Positions 63,185 to 64,000 of a stretch of 64,000 nucleotides of DNA are shown one piece after another. Made by a program: the position numbers and the translations under genes. The first letter of the stretch is position 1. Every line of letters begins with the position of its first letter. Source of the stretch: an uncultured SAR86 cluster bacterium (GTDB taxonomy: Bacteria > Pseudomonadota > Gammaproteobacteria > Magnimaribacterales > D2472); assembly GCA_902541365.1 (NCBI GenBank), contig CACBQK010000001.1, positions 101,851 through 165,850 of the forward strand, read 5' to 3'. The notes below the pieces were generated by a model. The model had not been told where the DNA came from. It ran no database searches and worked only from the letters and a program-made list of their open reading frames with translations.

Positions 63185-64000
63185 TGAAGTTAATCTTAAA
63201 CGAAGAACAAAACTATCTTAAAGAAACAGCGCTTAGTTTTGTATCTGAAAAAACTCCTGTTTCCCATTTAAGGGGGCTTAGAGATTCAGACGATCAGCTT
63301 TGCTGGGATAAGGAAATATGGAGTGAGATGGTTAAGCTTGGGTGGTCAGGAATTTTAATTCCCGAAGAATACGGCGGTTCAAACTTCGGGTTAACTGGCA
63401 TGAGCGTTATTCTTCAAGAATGTGGAAAAACTCTCACGCCCTCTCCATTGTTTGCTTCTGGAGTTTTAGGCGCAACAGCATTGACAAAATTCGGATCAGA
63501 GAAACAAAAACAAAAGTACTTATCAAAAATTGCATCTGGTGAGTTAACTACTGCTTTGGCAATAGATGAAAATAGTCATCACAGCCCAAATATTTGCGAA
63601 TTAAAAGCAATTAAAGACGGCTCTAACTATGTTCTTAACGGGAAAAAAATATTTGTTGTAGATGGTGCAAGTGCAGATATTATCATTGTTGTGGCAAGAA
63701 CTTCTGGTGAAGATGATGATGTTGGTGGATTGAGTATGTTTCTAGTTGAATCTGATAGTAGCAACTTAAAGAAAGTGAAGCTTGATATGGCTGATTCAAG
63801 AAACTATGCAAATATTACTTTTGATAATGTATATGTTGATGAAACTATGATTTTGGGTGAAATTGATATGGGTCTTGAACCGATTAATGAGATTTTAGAT
63901 GTTGGAAGGATTGCTCTTTCTGCTGAAATGTTAGGATCATGCGAAAAAGCATTTGAAATAACAATTGAATACCTCAAAGAGAGAAAACAATTTGGTGTTC
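63184..64000 (+). CDS. acyl-CoA dehydrogenase family protein, 5' part; the ORF runs off the window
   Basis: ATG at 63184 overlaps the upstream TAA by 1 nt (TAATG). My translation is MKLILNEEQNYLKETALSFVSEKTP...GWSGILIPEEYGGSNFG...YVLNGKKIFVVDG...EYLKERKQFGV, a typical ACAD N-terminal and middle domain. It is absent from the ORF track because it has no stop. Confidence 0.85.
   Translation, partial: MKLILNEEQNYLKETALSFVSEKTPVSHLRGLRDSDDQLCWDKEIWSEMVKLGWSGILIPEEYGGSNFGLTGMSVILQECGKTLTPSPLFASGVLGATALTKFGSEKQKQKYLSKIASGELTTALAIDENSHHSPNICELKAIKDGSNYVLNGKKIFVVDGASADIIIVVARTSGEDDDVGGLSMFLVESDSSNLKKVKLDMADSRNYANITFDNVYVDETMILGEIDMGLEPINEILDVGRIALSAEMLGSCEKAFEITIEYLKERKQFGV

Noticed and set aside
1-64000. 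CRISPR arrays, transposases, IS ends, phage genes, toxin-antitoxin pairs and known defence systems.
   Set aside because: None were seen. There are no regularly spaced direct repeats, and every sizeable ORF is accounted for by a housekeeping or small hypothetical gene.

Overview
This is an AT-rich, very gene-dense chromosomal segment. I call about 70 protein genes and 2 tRNAs, and most intergenic spacers are under 100 nt, with many stop/start overlaps. Gene order is gammaproteobacterial and Pseudomonas-like: leuCDB-asd-fimV-truA-trpFBA-accD-(SPOR)-cvpA-purF, alaS-lysC...tRNA-Ser(GCU), lexA next to topA, and ppiB-lpxH. Together with the low G+C and compact spacing, this suggests a streamlined marine gammaproteobacterium, possibly SAR86-like; that assignment is inference only. 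Most of the content is core metabolism and information processing: cysS, folE, pyrC, lysC, alaS, purL, uvrB, acnB, purF, trp and leu genes, aroC, prpBCD (methylcitrate cycle), queH, thrH, topA, pyrD, galU and nadK. There is an SOS module: E. coli-type LexA boxes sit over the -10 elements of umuDC and lexA. I found no CRISPR array, transposase, integrase, prophage or recognisable defence system, and no convincing novel multi-gene system. The leads worth following are listed here. (1) An orphan 579-aa polytopic membrane protein is packed against a crotonase-fold gene. (2) A photolyase/cryptochrome-family gene has only three cysteines. It is followed by a 47-codon DUF2256 zinc-ribbon ORF absent from the ORF track, and the two head a tight six-gene string. 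(3) A signal-peptide DUF4399 gene is translationally wedged inside the prpBCD operon. (4) A Trp- and acid-rich secreted/lipoprotein family shows an internal domain duplication. (5) Several departures from conserved synteny: no csrA before tRNA-Ser, no folC after accD, no sulA after lexA.
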